From: an uncultured Veillonellaceae bacterium
Lineage (GTDB): Bacteria > Bacillota > Negativicutes > JARBTT01
DNA: 64,000 nucleotides
Assembly (NCBI GenBank): GCA_963805085.1
Contig: CAWDTA010000002.1
Location: 480,001 to 544,000, forward strand
Direction of reading: 5' to 3'
Made by a program: the position numbers and the translations under genes. The notes under the pieces were generated by a model, which saw only the letters and a program-made list of their open reading frames with translations, was not told the origin of the DNA and did no database searches. Below are positions 41,715 to 51,895 of this stretch, one piece after another; the stretch's first letter is position 1; each line of letters begins with the position of its first letter.

Positions 41715-41812
41715 TTCTTGACTCCCTCCCCAATAATATTTTTTAACCTGACATTGAAAATCAATCGACTCATTTGATTCAATTAATAGCGCTATTAATT
41801 TCAATCTTTAAA

Positions 41813-42109
41813 TTATAAACTTTTTACAATTGACACAATTTCTTTTAGTGCTTTTTCAGCAGCGACATCATCCAGCATGATTCCTAATGCTCTTACCATA
41901 GGTGTCCCTTCTATCGCGTGAATTTCAACAGTTGTAACTACTAGATCTGCATTACCGATCTGTTCTTCAAGATCGGTAACTCTACATATAATAACCTTTA
42001 CATTTTTTATTTTCTCTGCTTTCATTCTGTCTTCTATTTCTTCTTTTAAATAGTTCGAAGTACAAATTCCTGCGCCGCAGCAACATAATATTGTAGTATT
42101 CTCTTTCAC
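41813..42109 (-). CDS. PTS galactitol-family EIIB
   Basis: CGAGICTS P-loop. Confidence 0.9.
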   Translation of the reverse strand: MKENTTILCCCGAGICTSNYLKEEIEDRMKAEKIKNVKVIICRVTDLEEQIGNADLVVTTVEIHAIEGTPMVRALGIMLDDVAAEKALKEIVSIVKSL

Positions 42110-42143
42110 AATTTCACCCCCTCTACGCTTTACACTTTATATA

Positions 42144-42159
42144 TGCAAAATTCGTGCCA
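42144..42159 (-). promoter_or_regulatory. sigma54 (-24/-12) promoter of the PTS operon
   Basis: TGGCACGAATTTTGCA matches consensus; upstream inverted repeats (42205-42239, about 42250-42280) are candidate activator sites. Confidence 0.85.
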
Positions 42160-42302
42160 ATTACAATCAAAAGGATTTACCCCGCCTAAAATGCCGGTTC
42201 TGAGATAGTTCATTTTGTTAGAATTACAAAATGAACTATTATCTCATCTAAAATTACAATAAAATTATTTTTTGTAATTTTAATACCCACTAGTAATAAC
42301 TG

Positions 42303-43199
42303 CTATTTCGCTTTACCATCCGAGTTCAGCAATATCATCTTATCCTTAACAACCTTTTTCATTGCTTTCAATGGCTCAGCATACGCTGTACAAGGCCAAA
42401 TTGCCATATGCTCCTTATGATTCAGCTCTTTTTTTAATGTCGTAAAAAACGCCGTTAGCATTTCTGAGAATATATTAAGTTTGCAGATTCCCAATTCAAC
42501 TGATTTTTTAATTGCCTCATCCGGCGTTCCTGATCCCCCATGCATTACCATTGGTACACTTGAATTTTTATTTAAAACATCAAGTCTGTCAAAATGTAGC
42601 TTTGGCTCCTTCACATAAATACCATGTGCCGTGCCCACAGCAACAGCCAACGCATCCACTCCTGTATTCTTTATAAAATACTCCATTTCGCTCGGATCGG
42701 TTAAGAAATCATCTGGATTATCATATCCATCTGTATTTTCTTTTTTAACCCCAGTTTCAGAATTACCTACAATTCCATCCCCAACATGTCCAAGTTCCGC
42801 CTCTACCGATACATTGAATTTGTGAGCATATTCTACAACTTCTTTGGTTATTCTTATATTATCCTCTATTGGTAAAATAGACCCATCAAACATAACAGAA
42901 GTAAACCCATTATCGATGCATTTTTTTATAAAACCAACATCGGTTGCATGATCCAAATGTAAACACACCGGAACACGGACCTTTTTCGCCATAGCTTGCA
43001 AGGACTTCGTCCAATATTCTAACTTGTCCCCTTCCAAATCAACTTTTAATCCCATCAAAATGACCGGTGCTTTTAATTCTTCTGCTACCTCTAAAACTGC
43101 CATAGCCATATCATTATTACTTACATCAAAGGCACCTACTGCATATTTATTTCTTTTTGCATCGTCTAATATTGTTTTTAAATTTACTAATGCCATCAC
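42303..43199 (-). CDS. class II fructose/tagatose-bisphosphate aldolase
   Basis: LHLDH, SVMFDGS, VEAELG, GTAHG, MHGGSG. Confidence 0.93.
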   Translation of the reverse strand: MMALVNLKTILDDAKRNKYAVGAFDVSNNDMAMAVLEVAEELKAPVILMGLKVDLEGDKLEYWTKSLQAMAKKVRVPVCLHLDHATDVGFIKKCIDNGFTSVMFDGSILPIEDNIRITKEVVEYAHKFNVSVEAELGHVGDGIVGNSETGVKKENTDGYDNPDDFLTDPSEMEYFIKNTGVDALAVAVGTAHGIYVKEPKLHFDRLDVLNKNSSVPMVMHGGSGTPDEAIKKSVELGICKLNIFSEMLTAFFTTLKKELNHKEHMAIWPCTAYAEPLKAMKKVVKDKMILLNSDGKAK

Positions 43200-43308
43200 A
43201 AATTCCTCCTAATATATTATATATATTTGTCTCTCTTGTTATCGCAGAAACTTTCTTTCTCTAAATACAATCCTCTTTTATAACGACAACTATATAGCAA
43301 TTCCTCCT

Positions 43309-43377
43309 AAAAAAAAATCGACTAAAGACTATTATGTCGCATAATAATCTTTAGTCGAATTCATATCCCTATTCAAC
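43309..43377 (-). terminator. leader terminator with putative GlpP antitermination element
   Basis: GTTGAATAGGGATATGAATTCG runs into TCGACTAAAG/CTTTAGTCGA stem plus a U-run. Confidence 0.7.
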
Positions 43378-43381
43378 TGAT

Positions 43382-43948
43382 TTATTTTGTTTTACTACCC
43401 CATAAATCTTTACAGCTTGTGGTAACACCGACAATTCCAACTTTTTTTGCAGCATCAATCATTTCTACCTTTTCCACAAAACCGCCCAAAAATATAGGAA
43501 CATCTTTTATTTGCCTGATCTTATCAACAAACTTCAGTCCATATGTTGCTGGGCGCACCTCTATTAAATCACACTTAGAATCTGCCAGCGTCTTTAATGA
43601 ATCATCCAGAGATTTAGAATCCATTAAAGTAATTCTCTGCATCGTTTCTAAACCAACATTTTTTATCATATTTAATTTAATCGTACTAGAACAAATCACC
43701 ATATCTACACAATATAATTTCTTCAACATATTGATTCCAATTTTGTCCAGGTTAAGACCACCGATAAGCTCCGCATTAACTACTACTTTTTTATTAACTT
43801 TATGACACATATCCACAAATGATTTTAAATTACCAATATGTATTTCACTTAATAATACATATTCATTATCAAGGGTTAATGCATATGATAAATCTTTAAT
43901 CATTCTAATTGAAGGAATTATTAGAAATTTATTGTTCTTAATGTTCAT
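43382..43948 (-). CDS. GlpP-family antiterminator
   Basis: ELIGGL, QRITLMDSKSL, IEVRPA, GGFVE, VTTS-KDLW. Confidence 0.85.
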   Translation of the reverse strand: MNIKNNKFLIIPSIRMIKDLSYALTLDNEYVLLSEIHIGNLKSFVDMCHKVNKKVVVNAELIGGLNLDKIGINMLKKLYCVDMVICSSTIKLNMIKNVGLETMQRITLMDSKSLDDSLKTLADSKCDLIEVRPATYGLKFVDKIRQIKDVPIFLGGFVEKVEMIDAAKKVGIVGVTTSCKDLWGSKTK

Positions 43949-44130
43949 AAGGTTTCTCCACCATTATTTTTTAATAAAAATCTTTCATTTTCAGCAGTTC
44001 GCCGTGATAAGTTTCCATATCATCCATTTTCAACTGTAATCAATTTTATTTATCAATCTATTATTTGTGTAAATTATAGCATGCGTGATACTGCATAGCA
44101 ACATTACCTATTTATCGTAAGGATATTATT

Positions 44131-45171
44131 TTAATTTCGTACATTCTGCATTGGCAGCCCCTGTAAATAATTCTTAAGATCATCATAACCTATTTCGACT
44201 GAATTGCGCATCGTATCACAAGAAGTACCCGCCAAATGCGAAGTAAGTGTGACATTGTTTAATTTAAAGAAAGGACTATCTTGCGGTAATGGCTCTTCAT
44301 CGAATACATCAATCGCTGCCCCACCAATTGATTTTGCTTCCAACGCCTGTATTAAAGCTTCTGTATCTACTAGGCCAGCACGTGCCGTATTGATAAGATA
44401 TGCCGTAGGTTTCATTTGGGCAAGTTCCTTTTGCCCAATAAATTTAGTTGTTTTTTCTGAAAGCCGAATGTGTATAGATACGAAATCTGATTGAGCCAAT
44501 AATTCTTCAAAAGTTACGGCCTTACAACCGGCATCTTCAATAATTTTTTTATCCATAAAAGGATCATATACAACAATAGTAGAACCAAACCCCTTTAATC
44601 GATCAATAACACGCCGACCAATATAACCAAATCCAATAATCCCTACTGTACAAGCTCTCATATCATGAATATATTCCTGATTCGTAAATTTTTTGCACCA
44701 TTTTCCTTCAGATATTAATTTGTGAGCTCGGGCAATATTTTTATTTTCAGCAATCATCATCCCAACAGTAAAATCAGCTACCGCGTGAGCACTGCGCCAA
44801 GGTGCGTTTATCAGCTTAATCCCGCGTTTCGTTAATTCTTCTACATCTGCATTTTCATATCCACCGCGTAATACCGCAGCAACTTTTAAATTTTTACAGG
44901 CAGCAATCACTTCTTTGTTGATAGAGGCAACATGCACTACGATAATATCTTTATCTTCACAGGCATCCAATAAAGGTTTATAGGTAGGTGCTGCATCGAC
45001 ACCACCCAATTCAATCTGAAGCATACGGTCCGTAATTGGCCCCATCTCATACATATCTTTGTCCTCTATCATAGTAATTTCAGCACCATATTCTTTAAGT
45101 TCATACATTTTTTGCATTAATTCTGATGTAACACCGCCATCAGATACAAGTAAAATTTTTGTTTTTTTCAT
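44131..45171 (-). CDS. D-isomer-specific 2-hydroxyacid dehydrogenase (paralogue of 34902-35930)
   Basis: GFGYIG, INTARAG, IDVFDEEP, TSHLAG. Confidence 0.92.
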   Translation of the reverse strand: MKKTKILLVSDGGVTSELMQKMYELKEYGAEITMIEDKDMYEMGPITDRMLQIELGGVDAAPTYKPLLDACEDKDIIVVHVASINKEVIAACKNLKVAAVLRGGYENADVEELTKRGIKLINAPWRSAHAVADFTVGMMIAENKNIARAHKLISEGKWCKKFTNQEYIHDMRACTVGIIGFGYIGRRVIDRLKGFGSTIVVYDPFMDKKIIEDAGCKAVTFEELLAQSDFVSIHIRLSEKTTKFIGQKELAQMKPTAYLINTARAGLVDTEALIQALEAKSIGGAAIDVFDEEPLPQDSPFFKLNNVTLTSHLAGTSCDTMRNSVEIGYDDLKNYLQGLPMQNVRN

Positions 45172-45278
45172 CGTTGTCCCTCTCCTTTTTATTTATAATT
45201 TAATTTGCCGCCTTAATTTATAGACTGCAAATTTACTACCAAAAGTTCCTTAACAACAAATATTTATACATTTTTAAT

Positions 45279-45348
45279 AAAAAAAAATTCGACTAAAAGC
45301 TATTATAAATATTAATAGCTTCTAGTCGAATACATATCCCTATTCAAC
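45279..45348 (-). terminator. leader terminator with putative GlpP antitermination element
   Basis: GTTGAATAGGGATATGTATTCG plus hairpin and U-run; near copy of 43309-43377. Confidence 0.7.
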
Positions 45349-45403
45349 TTATTATTTTGTTTTATTTTGTAACCCACAAATCTTTTGACTTGATTACGAG
45401 TTC

Positions 45404-45432
45404 ATTATATAAGTTTCCATTATGCTTGTCAA
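45404..45432 (-). promoter_or_regulatory. consensus sigma70 promoter of the dehydrogenase-glpP-aldolase unit
   Basis: TTGACA-17 bp-TATAAT on the minus strand. Confidence 0.8.
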
Positions 45433-45583
45433 TATAAAACCTGAAAATTCGAAATTTTATATTTAATTTTACATTACATGTGAATTGGCGGGAGTGTCTT
45501 ATGGTGACATAGTCCATTCTTATAAATGATTACAGTTAAAGCATTGTACTCCAAACGATATGAAGGATTAAAGGATTTTACAT

Positions 45584-45886
45584 CTATCTTCGCACCGGTT
45601 CCCATGATAACGACTGTATAATCATTTTTATGCCATCAGAGAAACCTTGATTGTAGAATACTTCTTCTGTTATGGCTTTTTGATTCGCAAAGTATTCATG
45701 TAACTGGGTCAGTTTCCCCATAGTATCTTCTGATACGATTGATGATAACTCTTTTTCCAATTTTTCAAATTCTTGCTCCGCCCAATAGTAATCCGCCGAT
45801 ACTCTTTCCAAATTCATCAGGTCGCTTCCATCATGCATAAACCGCAATTCCTTCGTGGCTGTTTCAAAAACTTGCATTCTCTCCAC
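45584..45886 (-). CDS. hypothetical protein
   Basis: 100-aa helical ORF with a C-terminal FYNQGFSDG motif. Confidence 0.6.
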   Translation of the reverse strand: MERMQVFETATKELRFMHDGSDLMNLERVSADYYWAEQEFEKLEKELSSIVSEDTMGKLTQLHEYFANQKAITEEVFYNQGFSDGIKMIIQSLSWEPVRR

Positions 45887-46062
45887 TCCTTATTTTTCAA
45901 AGAGTCTTTTTGGCTCTCTTATTCATATCATGAGTAAGTTGTTCGTACAATCATCATTTCCATATTTATTATACGCTCAAGAAAAACGTTTCCTTTCTTA
46001 CATCTAAACAAATCAAATTCATCTCCATTCAAGTGAATTCGTTTAAACTCACTTTTACATTT

Positions 46063-46091
46063 AGTTTATAGTGAATTCACTTAATTGTCAA
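46063..46091 (-). promoter_or_regulatory. promoter with a palindromic operator in the spacer
   Basis: TTGACA-17-TAAACT; AGTGAATTCACT at 46070-46081. Confidence 0.6.
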
Positions 46092-46174
46092 TACGACTCT
46101 TTATGATTCTAGCTAAATAATTCAATTTTACTTATAATGAATTCATATAGAATCTATTAGCAGGAGGAAATACA

Positions 46175-46348
46175 GTGACAACTGAAAAAAGACAATTCAC
46201 ATTACGGCTACAGGAAGAAAACTTTTTGAAAATCAAAGAACTAGCTGAAAAAGATCGACGTTCAATTGCTATGGAAATAGAATACATTCTTGAACAATAC
46301 ATATCAGAACACGAAAAAAAGTACGGTATGATAAATATCAAAGAATAA
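46175..46348 (+). CDS. Arc/ribbon-helix-helix DNA-binding protein (57 aa)
   Basis: AGGAGG RBS, GTG start; MTTEKRQFTLRLQEENFLKIKELAEKDRRSIAMEIEYILEQYI... has the RHH pattern; terminator near 46358-46420; not in the ORF track. Confidence 0.85.
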   Translation: MTTEKRQFTLRLQEENFLKIKELAEKDRRSIAMEIEYILEQYISEHEKKYGMINIKE

Positions 46349-46831
46349 GCATAAATAAAAAACTATACCCTATTGAGAGCTCGCTTAAAAAACGTGTCTC
46401 CCTCTAGGGTATAGTTTTTTTATTAACAGACAGTGATTTTACAATATACAGCCTGTAGAAAAAGATATAAAAAGCTCTTTCTGTTACTTTTAAATGATAA
46501 TTGAATAAAAAATATAAAGCAGATAGTAAGATATATTCGGTTTTAAATAATAAGAATCAATATAGATCGTTTAAAACAGCTTGTGATAAGATTAGTAATA
46601 AGAAATCATATTTTACTAATTCTATCGCATCTAAAAAAGCAAATGGAGATATCATCATTCATGTAAGTTCATTGAAGCAAAACGAAGAGGTTAGAAACTG
46701 TAAAAATTCAAATGTACATGAATTATTTAAGCTTATAGAACAAATATGATCTTTAAACGCCGAAGAAATACCTCGTAACGATTGGCTATGCTGACATAGG
46801 CAAAAAGTTACGAGGTATTTCATTTAAGAGA

Positions 46832-47842
46832 TCAACAAATCCGAGGAATCTGCCCACCGATTGGCATATCGACGATACGGATGCCACCGATGCTTGTACG
46901 CATGCCGACTTGCCCCGGTGCATCGACAGTTACTTTGCCGATTACACGGGCATCTTGTCCATACGGATGTTTATGCATGATGTCTAATAGTTCTTTAGTA
47001 TACTGCTGATCCACAAACACCAACATTTTTCCTTCGTTAGCCAAATAGAGCGGATCAAAGCCTAAGATTTCACAAACCGCTTCAACTTCAGGTCGAACTG
47101 GAATTGTGCCTTCTTCTAGCAAGATACCGGTGCCAGATTGCGCCGCGATTTCATTGAGTGTTGCGGCTACGCCGCCGCGCGTTGGATCGCGCAAAACTGC
47201 GATTTGTGGTACGGCTGTCAACATTTCTTTGACCAAACCGTTCAGCGGTGCACAGTCACTTTGAATCGAGGTTGGCAGCACTAGCTCATGGCGTCCGGCC
47301 ATGATGGCTGTCGCATGATCACCGATGTAGCCACTGAGGATGACATCCTGCCCAGGTTGCACCCTTCTTGGTGAGATGTGTGTGCCTTCTATGATATCGC
47401 CAATGCCTGACGTATTGATATAAATTCCATCGCCAGCACCTTTGTTTACTACCTTCGTATCACCAGTCACAATCATGACGCCCGCTTCTTTAGCTGTTTT
47501 GCACATGGTTTCGACGATAAGGCGTAAATCAGCAATTGGAAAGCCTTCTTCGAGAATCATCCCAACGGACAGATACCGTGGTACTGAACCCGTCATCGCT
47601 AAATCATTAACCGTACCGCACACTGCTAGCTTGCCGATATTGCCGCCAGCAAAAAACAGCGGCTTTACGACATAAGAATCCGTCGTAAAGGCCACTCTGT
47701 TGCCAGCCGTCGTAACGGAAGCACCATCGTGCATTTCATTCAGCACAGGATTGCCATATGCCGGTAAAATGACCTGCTCCATAAGCTCCTGGCTCAATTT
47801 CCCCCCACTACCATGATCCATTTTAATTGTTCCCTGTTCCAT
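46832..47842 (-). CDS. hypE: hydrogenase maturation protein HypE
   Basis: HGSGG, FTTDSYVV, RDPTRGG, C-terminal PRIC; start likely 47842. Confidence 0.95.
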   Translation of the reverse strand: MEQGTIKMDHGSGGKLSQELMEQVILPAYGNPVLNEMHDGASVTTAGNRVAFTTDSYVVKPLFFAGGNIGKLAVCGTVNDLAMTGSVPRYLSVGMILEEGFPIADLRLIVETMCKTAKEAGVMIVTGDTKVVNKGAGDGIYINTSGIGDIIEGTHISPRRVQPGQDVILSGYIGDHATAIMAGRHELVLPTSIQSDCAPLNGLVKEMLTAVPQIAVLRDPTRGGVAATLNEIAAQSGTGILLEEGTIPVRPEVEAVCEILGFDPLYLANEGKMLVFVDQQYTKELLDIMHKHPYGQDARVIGKVTVDAPGQVGMRTSIGGIRIVDMPIGGQIPRIC

Positions 47843-48932
47843 ACTGATACCTCCCGCTTCCATATTTATACCAAGCGGCACAAGAACCTTCTACCGAAAC
47901 CATACAAGCTCCTACCGGATGCTGTGGCAAGCAAACCTTGCCAAACAAGCGGCATTCCGTTGGTTTTATGAGTCCACGAAGCACTTCACCGCAACGGCAA
48001 GCCGTCTGTTTTACTGTCGTCTCTACCTTGATCGGCAAAGCAACTTGAGCATCAAAGCCTCTATAGCGTTCATTCACCCGCAGTCCTGAATTGGGTATCA
48101 GGCCAATGCCTCGCCATACGGCATCTGCTGGTTCGTAGACTTCCGTGAGCATCTGCCTAGCTACCGGATTTCCATTCTGTTTGACAACGCGACCGTATTC
48201 ATTTTCCACGGCTGGTTTGCCATCATGGATTTGCTTTGCTAACATGTAGACAGTCTGCAAAATATCGAGCGGTTCAAATCCACCAACAACCGCTGGCATA
48301 CGATATTCCTCCGGCAAAAACTGAAACGGCTCTTCCCCTGTAATTGCACAGACATGTCCTGGCAAGATGAAGCCATCTACTTTAACTTTTGGATCGACGA
48401 GTAATGTTTTGAGTGCCGGCGGTACCAATTTATGCGCCGATAGCACAAAGAAATTTTTCAAATTTTGCTTAGCTGCCGAGAGTACCGTAGCTGCTGCAGT
48501 TGGCGCAGTCGTTTCAAAACCAACCGCTAAAAAAATAACTTTTTTCTGGGGATTATCGACTGCTACCGCCAAACTTTCCAGCGGTGAGTAAACAATGCGA
48601 ATATCTGCACCGCCAGCTTTGGCTTCGCCTAAGCTCGACACCGACCCAGGCACTTTGAGCATATCGCCAAAGGTCGTGATGATTACATCTGGTTGTTTGG
48701 CATAAGCAATCGCCATATCCATATACTCATCTGCTGTTACACATACCGGACAACCAGGTCCGCTCACCAATTCTACTTGTGACGGTAATACTTGGCGAAT
48801 CCCCGCCCGAAAAATTGCCACTGTATGCGTACCACAAACTTCCATCAAACGTACAGGCTTTGTAATCAGCCGGTCAATTTCTTGCAGCAAAAAACTAGCA
48901 ATTTTTTTTGTGTCTTGTTTCGCTTCAGGCAA
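47823..48932 (-). CDS. hypD: hydrogenase maturation protein HypD
   Basis: MEVCGTHT, GPGCPVC, GFETT, PGHV, GACMVSVEGSC. Confidence 0.96.
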   Translation of the reverse strand: MPEAKQDTKKIASFLLQEIDRLITKPVRLMEVCGTHTVAIFRAGIRQVLPSQVELVSGPGCPVCVTADEYMDMAIAYAKQPDVIITTFGDMLKVPGSVSSLGEAKAGGADIRIVYSPLESLAVAVDNPQKKVIFLAVGFETTAPTAAATVLSAAKQNLKNFFVLSAHKLVPPALKTLLVDPKVKVDGFILPGHVCAITGEEPFQFLPEEYRMPAVVGGFEPLDILQTVYMLAKQIHDGKPAVENEYGRVVKQNGNPVARQMLTEVYEPADAVWRGIGLIPNSGLRVNERYRGFDAQVALPIKVETTVKQTACRCGEVLRGLIKPTECRLFGKVCLPQHPVGACMVSVEGSCAAWYKYGSGRYQYGTGNN

Positions 48933-49143
48933 GACTATTCATCTCCTTCAGCAGCTCATTCGTCTTCTCCGCTTCTTCTTGGTCAATTATTTGCATTGCA
49001 AACCCCGCATGAATGAGGACAAAATCACCAACTGCCGCCTCTGGCAGAAGCATTAGGCTTACCTCCCGTTGCACACCACTGAGTTCCACTATAGCCAACT
49101 GATCTTTTTTATCAATAATTTTTGCTGGTACTGCCAAGCACAT
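48925..49143 (-). CDS. hypC: hydrogenase chaperone HypC
   Basis: MCLAVP, VLIHAGFA. Confidence 0.96.
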   Translation of the reverse strand: MCLAVPAKIIDKKDQLAIVELSGVQREVSLMLLPEAAVGDFVLIHAGFAMQIIDQEEAEKTNELLKEMNSLA

Positions 49144-51389
49144 TAAAAGCGTCCCCTCTCTCTTGCAACCGCTGCTTGCCCAAGCGCTAGTCCACCATCA
49201 TTGGGCGGTACCTTCCGATTAAGCAACACAGTAAACTCTTTTTCTAATACTCCGTAAACCTGACGTAAAAGCGTCATATTCTGAAAAACGCCACCGCTTA
49301 AAGCTACTTTGTGAACACCAGTTAAACGACATAACCGTCGAACCATCTCATGAATGGCCGCGGCCATGGTCGTATGAAAATCTGCTGCCAGCTCTGCGCG
49401 TGGCACCTTATTTATATTCTCAATCATTTTGGCAAACGTTGGCCTAAAATCGAGTTCATTGCCAGCCGTAATCTCATATGGCAAAACTCTGCCAACGGCA
49501 CCGCCTGCTGCCAGTTCTAGTTCGATGGCGGCTTGTCCTTCATAATGATTATAAAGACGGATGCCAAGGAGTGCTGCCGCCGTATCAAAGAGCCGCCCAG
49601 CACTGGAGGTCAGCGGCGCATTCAGCCCATTAGCCGTTGCTTGTAATAGCAACTCCCAACCATTAGGTAGCAACTCTGTCAACGCCGTCTGTTTCTCTCG
49701 AAAATTCTTTCCGTATAGTTCCTGCATAACCCACGTCGCCTGTCGCCATGGCTGACGAACCGCTTTTTCCCCGCCCGGCAGCGGCAGATAAAGGCAATGT
49801 GCGAGTCGCTTATATTCTAGGCAATCTGCCAGCAGAAATTCACCGCCCCAAAGCTGACCATCAGCACCATAACCCGTACCATCAAAAGCCACGCCAATGA
49901 CCTGCTCCGTCTCGTGATGCTCAGCCAAAACCGAAGCAATGTGGGCGTGATGGTGCTGAACGCCAATTTTAGGCAGTTTCAATCCGTCAGCATACTTGGT
50001 CGATAAATACTCGGGATGCAGATCGAATGCTACCAATTCCGGCTTAATGTCAAATAATCTACCGTAATGTTCAATGGCCTCCGCATAGGAATCCATTGTT
50101 TCTCGATTGCCTAAGTCACCGATATGCGCGCTAACAAATGCCGCATCACCTTTAGTCAAACAAAAGGTATTCTTAGCCTCACCGCCACAGGCCAAAACCA
50201 TCGGCCCTGTTCCTGCCAAATGAATTGGCGCTGGTGCCAGCCCGCGACTACGCCTAAACAGATACGGCTCTTCCTTGAATAAACGGACAACTGAATCATC
50301 AACTCGGCAATAGATCTCCCGATTATGGATTAAAAAATAATCGGCGATTCCCGCCAATCTATGCAGAGCATCTTCATCCTTATAGGCAATCGGTTCCTCA
50401 CTGGTATTGCCACTCGTCATCACCCAGACATCATCTTTTTTAAGTAACAGATAATGCACTGGTGCGTAAGGTAACATCACTCCCAAATATAGATTGCCTG
50501 GGGCTACAGCCTGCGCTAAATCAGCAGCATTTTTTTTCTTCAATAGAACAATTGGTGCAACCGCTCCCATTAACAGCTCTCTTTCCTTCGTTGAAACAAA
50601 GCAAAATTGCTCTACTTTTGCCAAACTACCACACATCAAGGCAAACGGTTTATCCTCGCGAACTTTCCGCGAACGCAATGTAGCCACAGCAGTTTCATTT
50701 TTAGCATCGCAAACTAAATGATACCCACCAATGCCTTTTATGGCAAAAACGGCACCATTTTCTATCAGCTCATGCGCTGTCTTTAGCGGCTCAGAACTGA
50801 GTAGTTCCTGTCCCTTGCTGTCGAGCAGACGATACGATGGACCACAAATTGCACAGGCATTCGGCTGCGCATGAAAGCGACGATCAATCGGAACGTCGTA
50901 TTCCGCTTGACAATCTGGGCACATAGCAAAAGGCTGCATCGTCGTCTGCGGACGATCATAAGGCACATCTTTGATAATCGAATAGCGCGGTCCGCAATTT
51001 GTACAATTTGTAAACGCGTAGCCAAAGCGTCGATCAACGGGATTTTGCAGCTCCCTCTGGCAATCTGGACAAGTCGCAATATCCGGTGATATAAACGCGA
51101 ATCTTTGCGTAGCCGTCTGACTTGGCTTGATGACAAAAGCATCGTCCCCTTGCACTGGCAACGAAACCACCTGTAAATCAGCAATCATCGCCATCGCCGG
51201 CGCCTCTGCTTCTAGCGCTGTAATAAATTCTGTAAGCTGCTCAGCTAGGCCTTCAACCTCGATCCAAACACCTTTTTCATCATTGAGCACCCAGCCACTT
51301 AACTGATATTCGTGCGCCAACCGGTAAACAAAAGGGCGGAACCCGACGCCCTGTACAATACCGGCGACGCGGATGCCCGCCCTCTTCAT
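49143..51389 (-). CDS. hypF: carbamoyltransferase HypF
   Basis: GIVQGVGFRPF, Zn fingers, QHHHAH, PPNDGG. Confidence 0.96.
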   Translation of the reverse strand: MKRAGIRVAGIVQGVGFRPFVYRLAHEYQLSGWVLNDEKGVWIEVEGLAEQLTEFITALEAEAPAMAMIADLQVVSLPVQGDDAFVIKPSQTATQRFAFISPDIATCPDCQRELQNPVDRRFGYAFTNCTNCGPRYSIIKDVPYDRPQTTMQPFAMCPDCQAEYDVPIDRRFHAQPNACAICGPSYRLLDSKGQELLSSEPLKTAHELIENGAVFAIKGIGGYHLVCDAKNETAVATLRSRKVREDKPFALMCGSLAKVEQFCFVSTKERELLMGAVAPIVLLKKKNAADLAQAVAPGNLYLGVMLPYAPVHYLLLKKDDVWVMTSGNTSEEPIAYKDEDALHRLAGIADYFLIHNREIYCRVDDSVVRLFKEEPYLFRRSRGLAPAPIHLAGTGPMVLACGGEAKNTFCLTKGDAAFVSAHIGDLGNRETMDSYAEAIEHYGRLFDIKPELVAFDLHPEYLSTKYADGLKLPKIGVQHHHAHIASVLAEHHETEQVIGVAFDGTGYGADGQLWGGEFLLADCLEYKRLAHCLYLPLPGGEKAVRQPWRQATWVMQELYGKNFREKQTALTELLPNGWELLLQATANGLNAPLTSSAGRLFDTAAALLGIRLYNHYEGQAAIELELAAGGAVGRVLPYEITAGNELDFRPTFAKMIENINKVPRAELAADFHTTMAAAIHEMVRRLCRLTGVHKVALSGGVFQNMTLLRQVYGVLEKEFTVLLNRKVPPNDGGLALGQAAVARERGRF

Positions 51390-51895
51390 AACGTATTTAC
51401 GATTAACTCAGTTTTTAATTTTGGTTCAACCTGCCAAACTTTTAACTGTTCTAAAACAAGATTTTTCGTTTTCTCCACCAAATTTTCCATGTCTTTCGTA
51501 AGACCTACCCCAGCATCCACGATAAAGGGTTGCGCACCCATCACGATAACGTCCTTCACAGGCCGATCTATTACTTCAAGCGCTGCTAATACATCTTGAA
51601 TTCCAAGCTCATGCATAGAAACTTTTTCCTGAAAATAAGCTTTCACTTCCGCGTTGACAAAGCGAAAGAAAGTCCCAGGTGCCGAAGCCCCATTGATTGC
51701 ATCCACCACGATTAATTTGTCTGTTCCAATAATATAATTCATCAATTCCATACCAAGTGTCCCGCCATCAAGTACCGCAACATGCTCAGGGAAGTTATAT
51801 TCTTGCTGTAACTTTTCAACGATATGTACACCAAAGCCTTCGTCTTTAAGTATAATATTGCCGATTCCTAGCACTGTAATCTTATCCACGTGCAT
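51386..51895 (-). CDS. hydrogenase maturation protease (HyaD/HybD family)
   Basis: LGIGNIILKDEGFG, DGGT, VDA, SMHE. Confidence 0.93.
   Translation of the reverse strand: MHVDKITVLGIGNIILKDEGFGVHIVEKLQQEYNFPEHVAVLDGGTLGMELMNYIIGTDKLIVVDAINGASAPGTFFRFVNAEVKAYFQEKVSMHELGIQDVLAALEVIDRPVKDVIVMGAQPFIVDAGVGLTKDMENLVEKTKNLVLEQLKVWQVEPKLKTELIVNTL

Noticed and set aside
45226-45241. Second sigma54 promoter (TGGTAG-N5-TTGCA)
   Set aside because: The -24 box is degenerate and a consensus sigma70 promoter already explains this unit.
46132-46341. 69-aa minus-strand ORF
   Set aside because: Antisense shadow of the RHH gene at 46175-46348.
46501-46749. 82-aa ORF
   Set aside because: TTG start, no RBS, AT-rich, no motif; possibly a gene remnant but unsupported.
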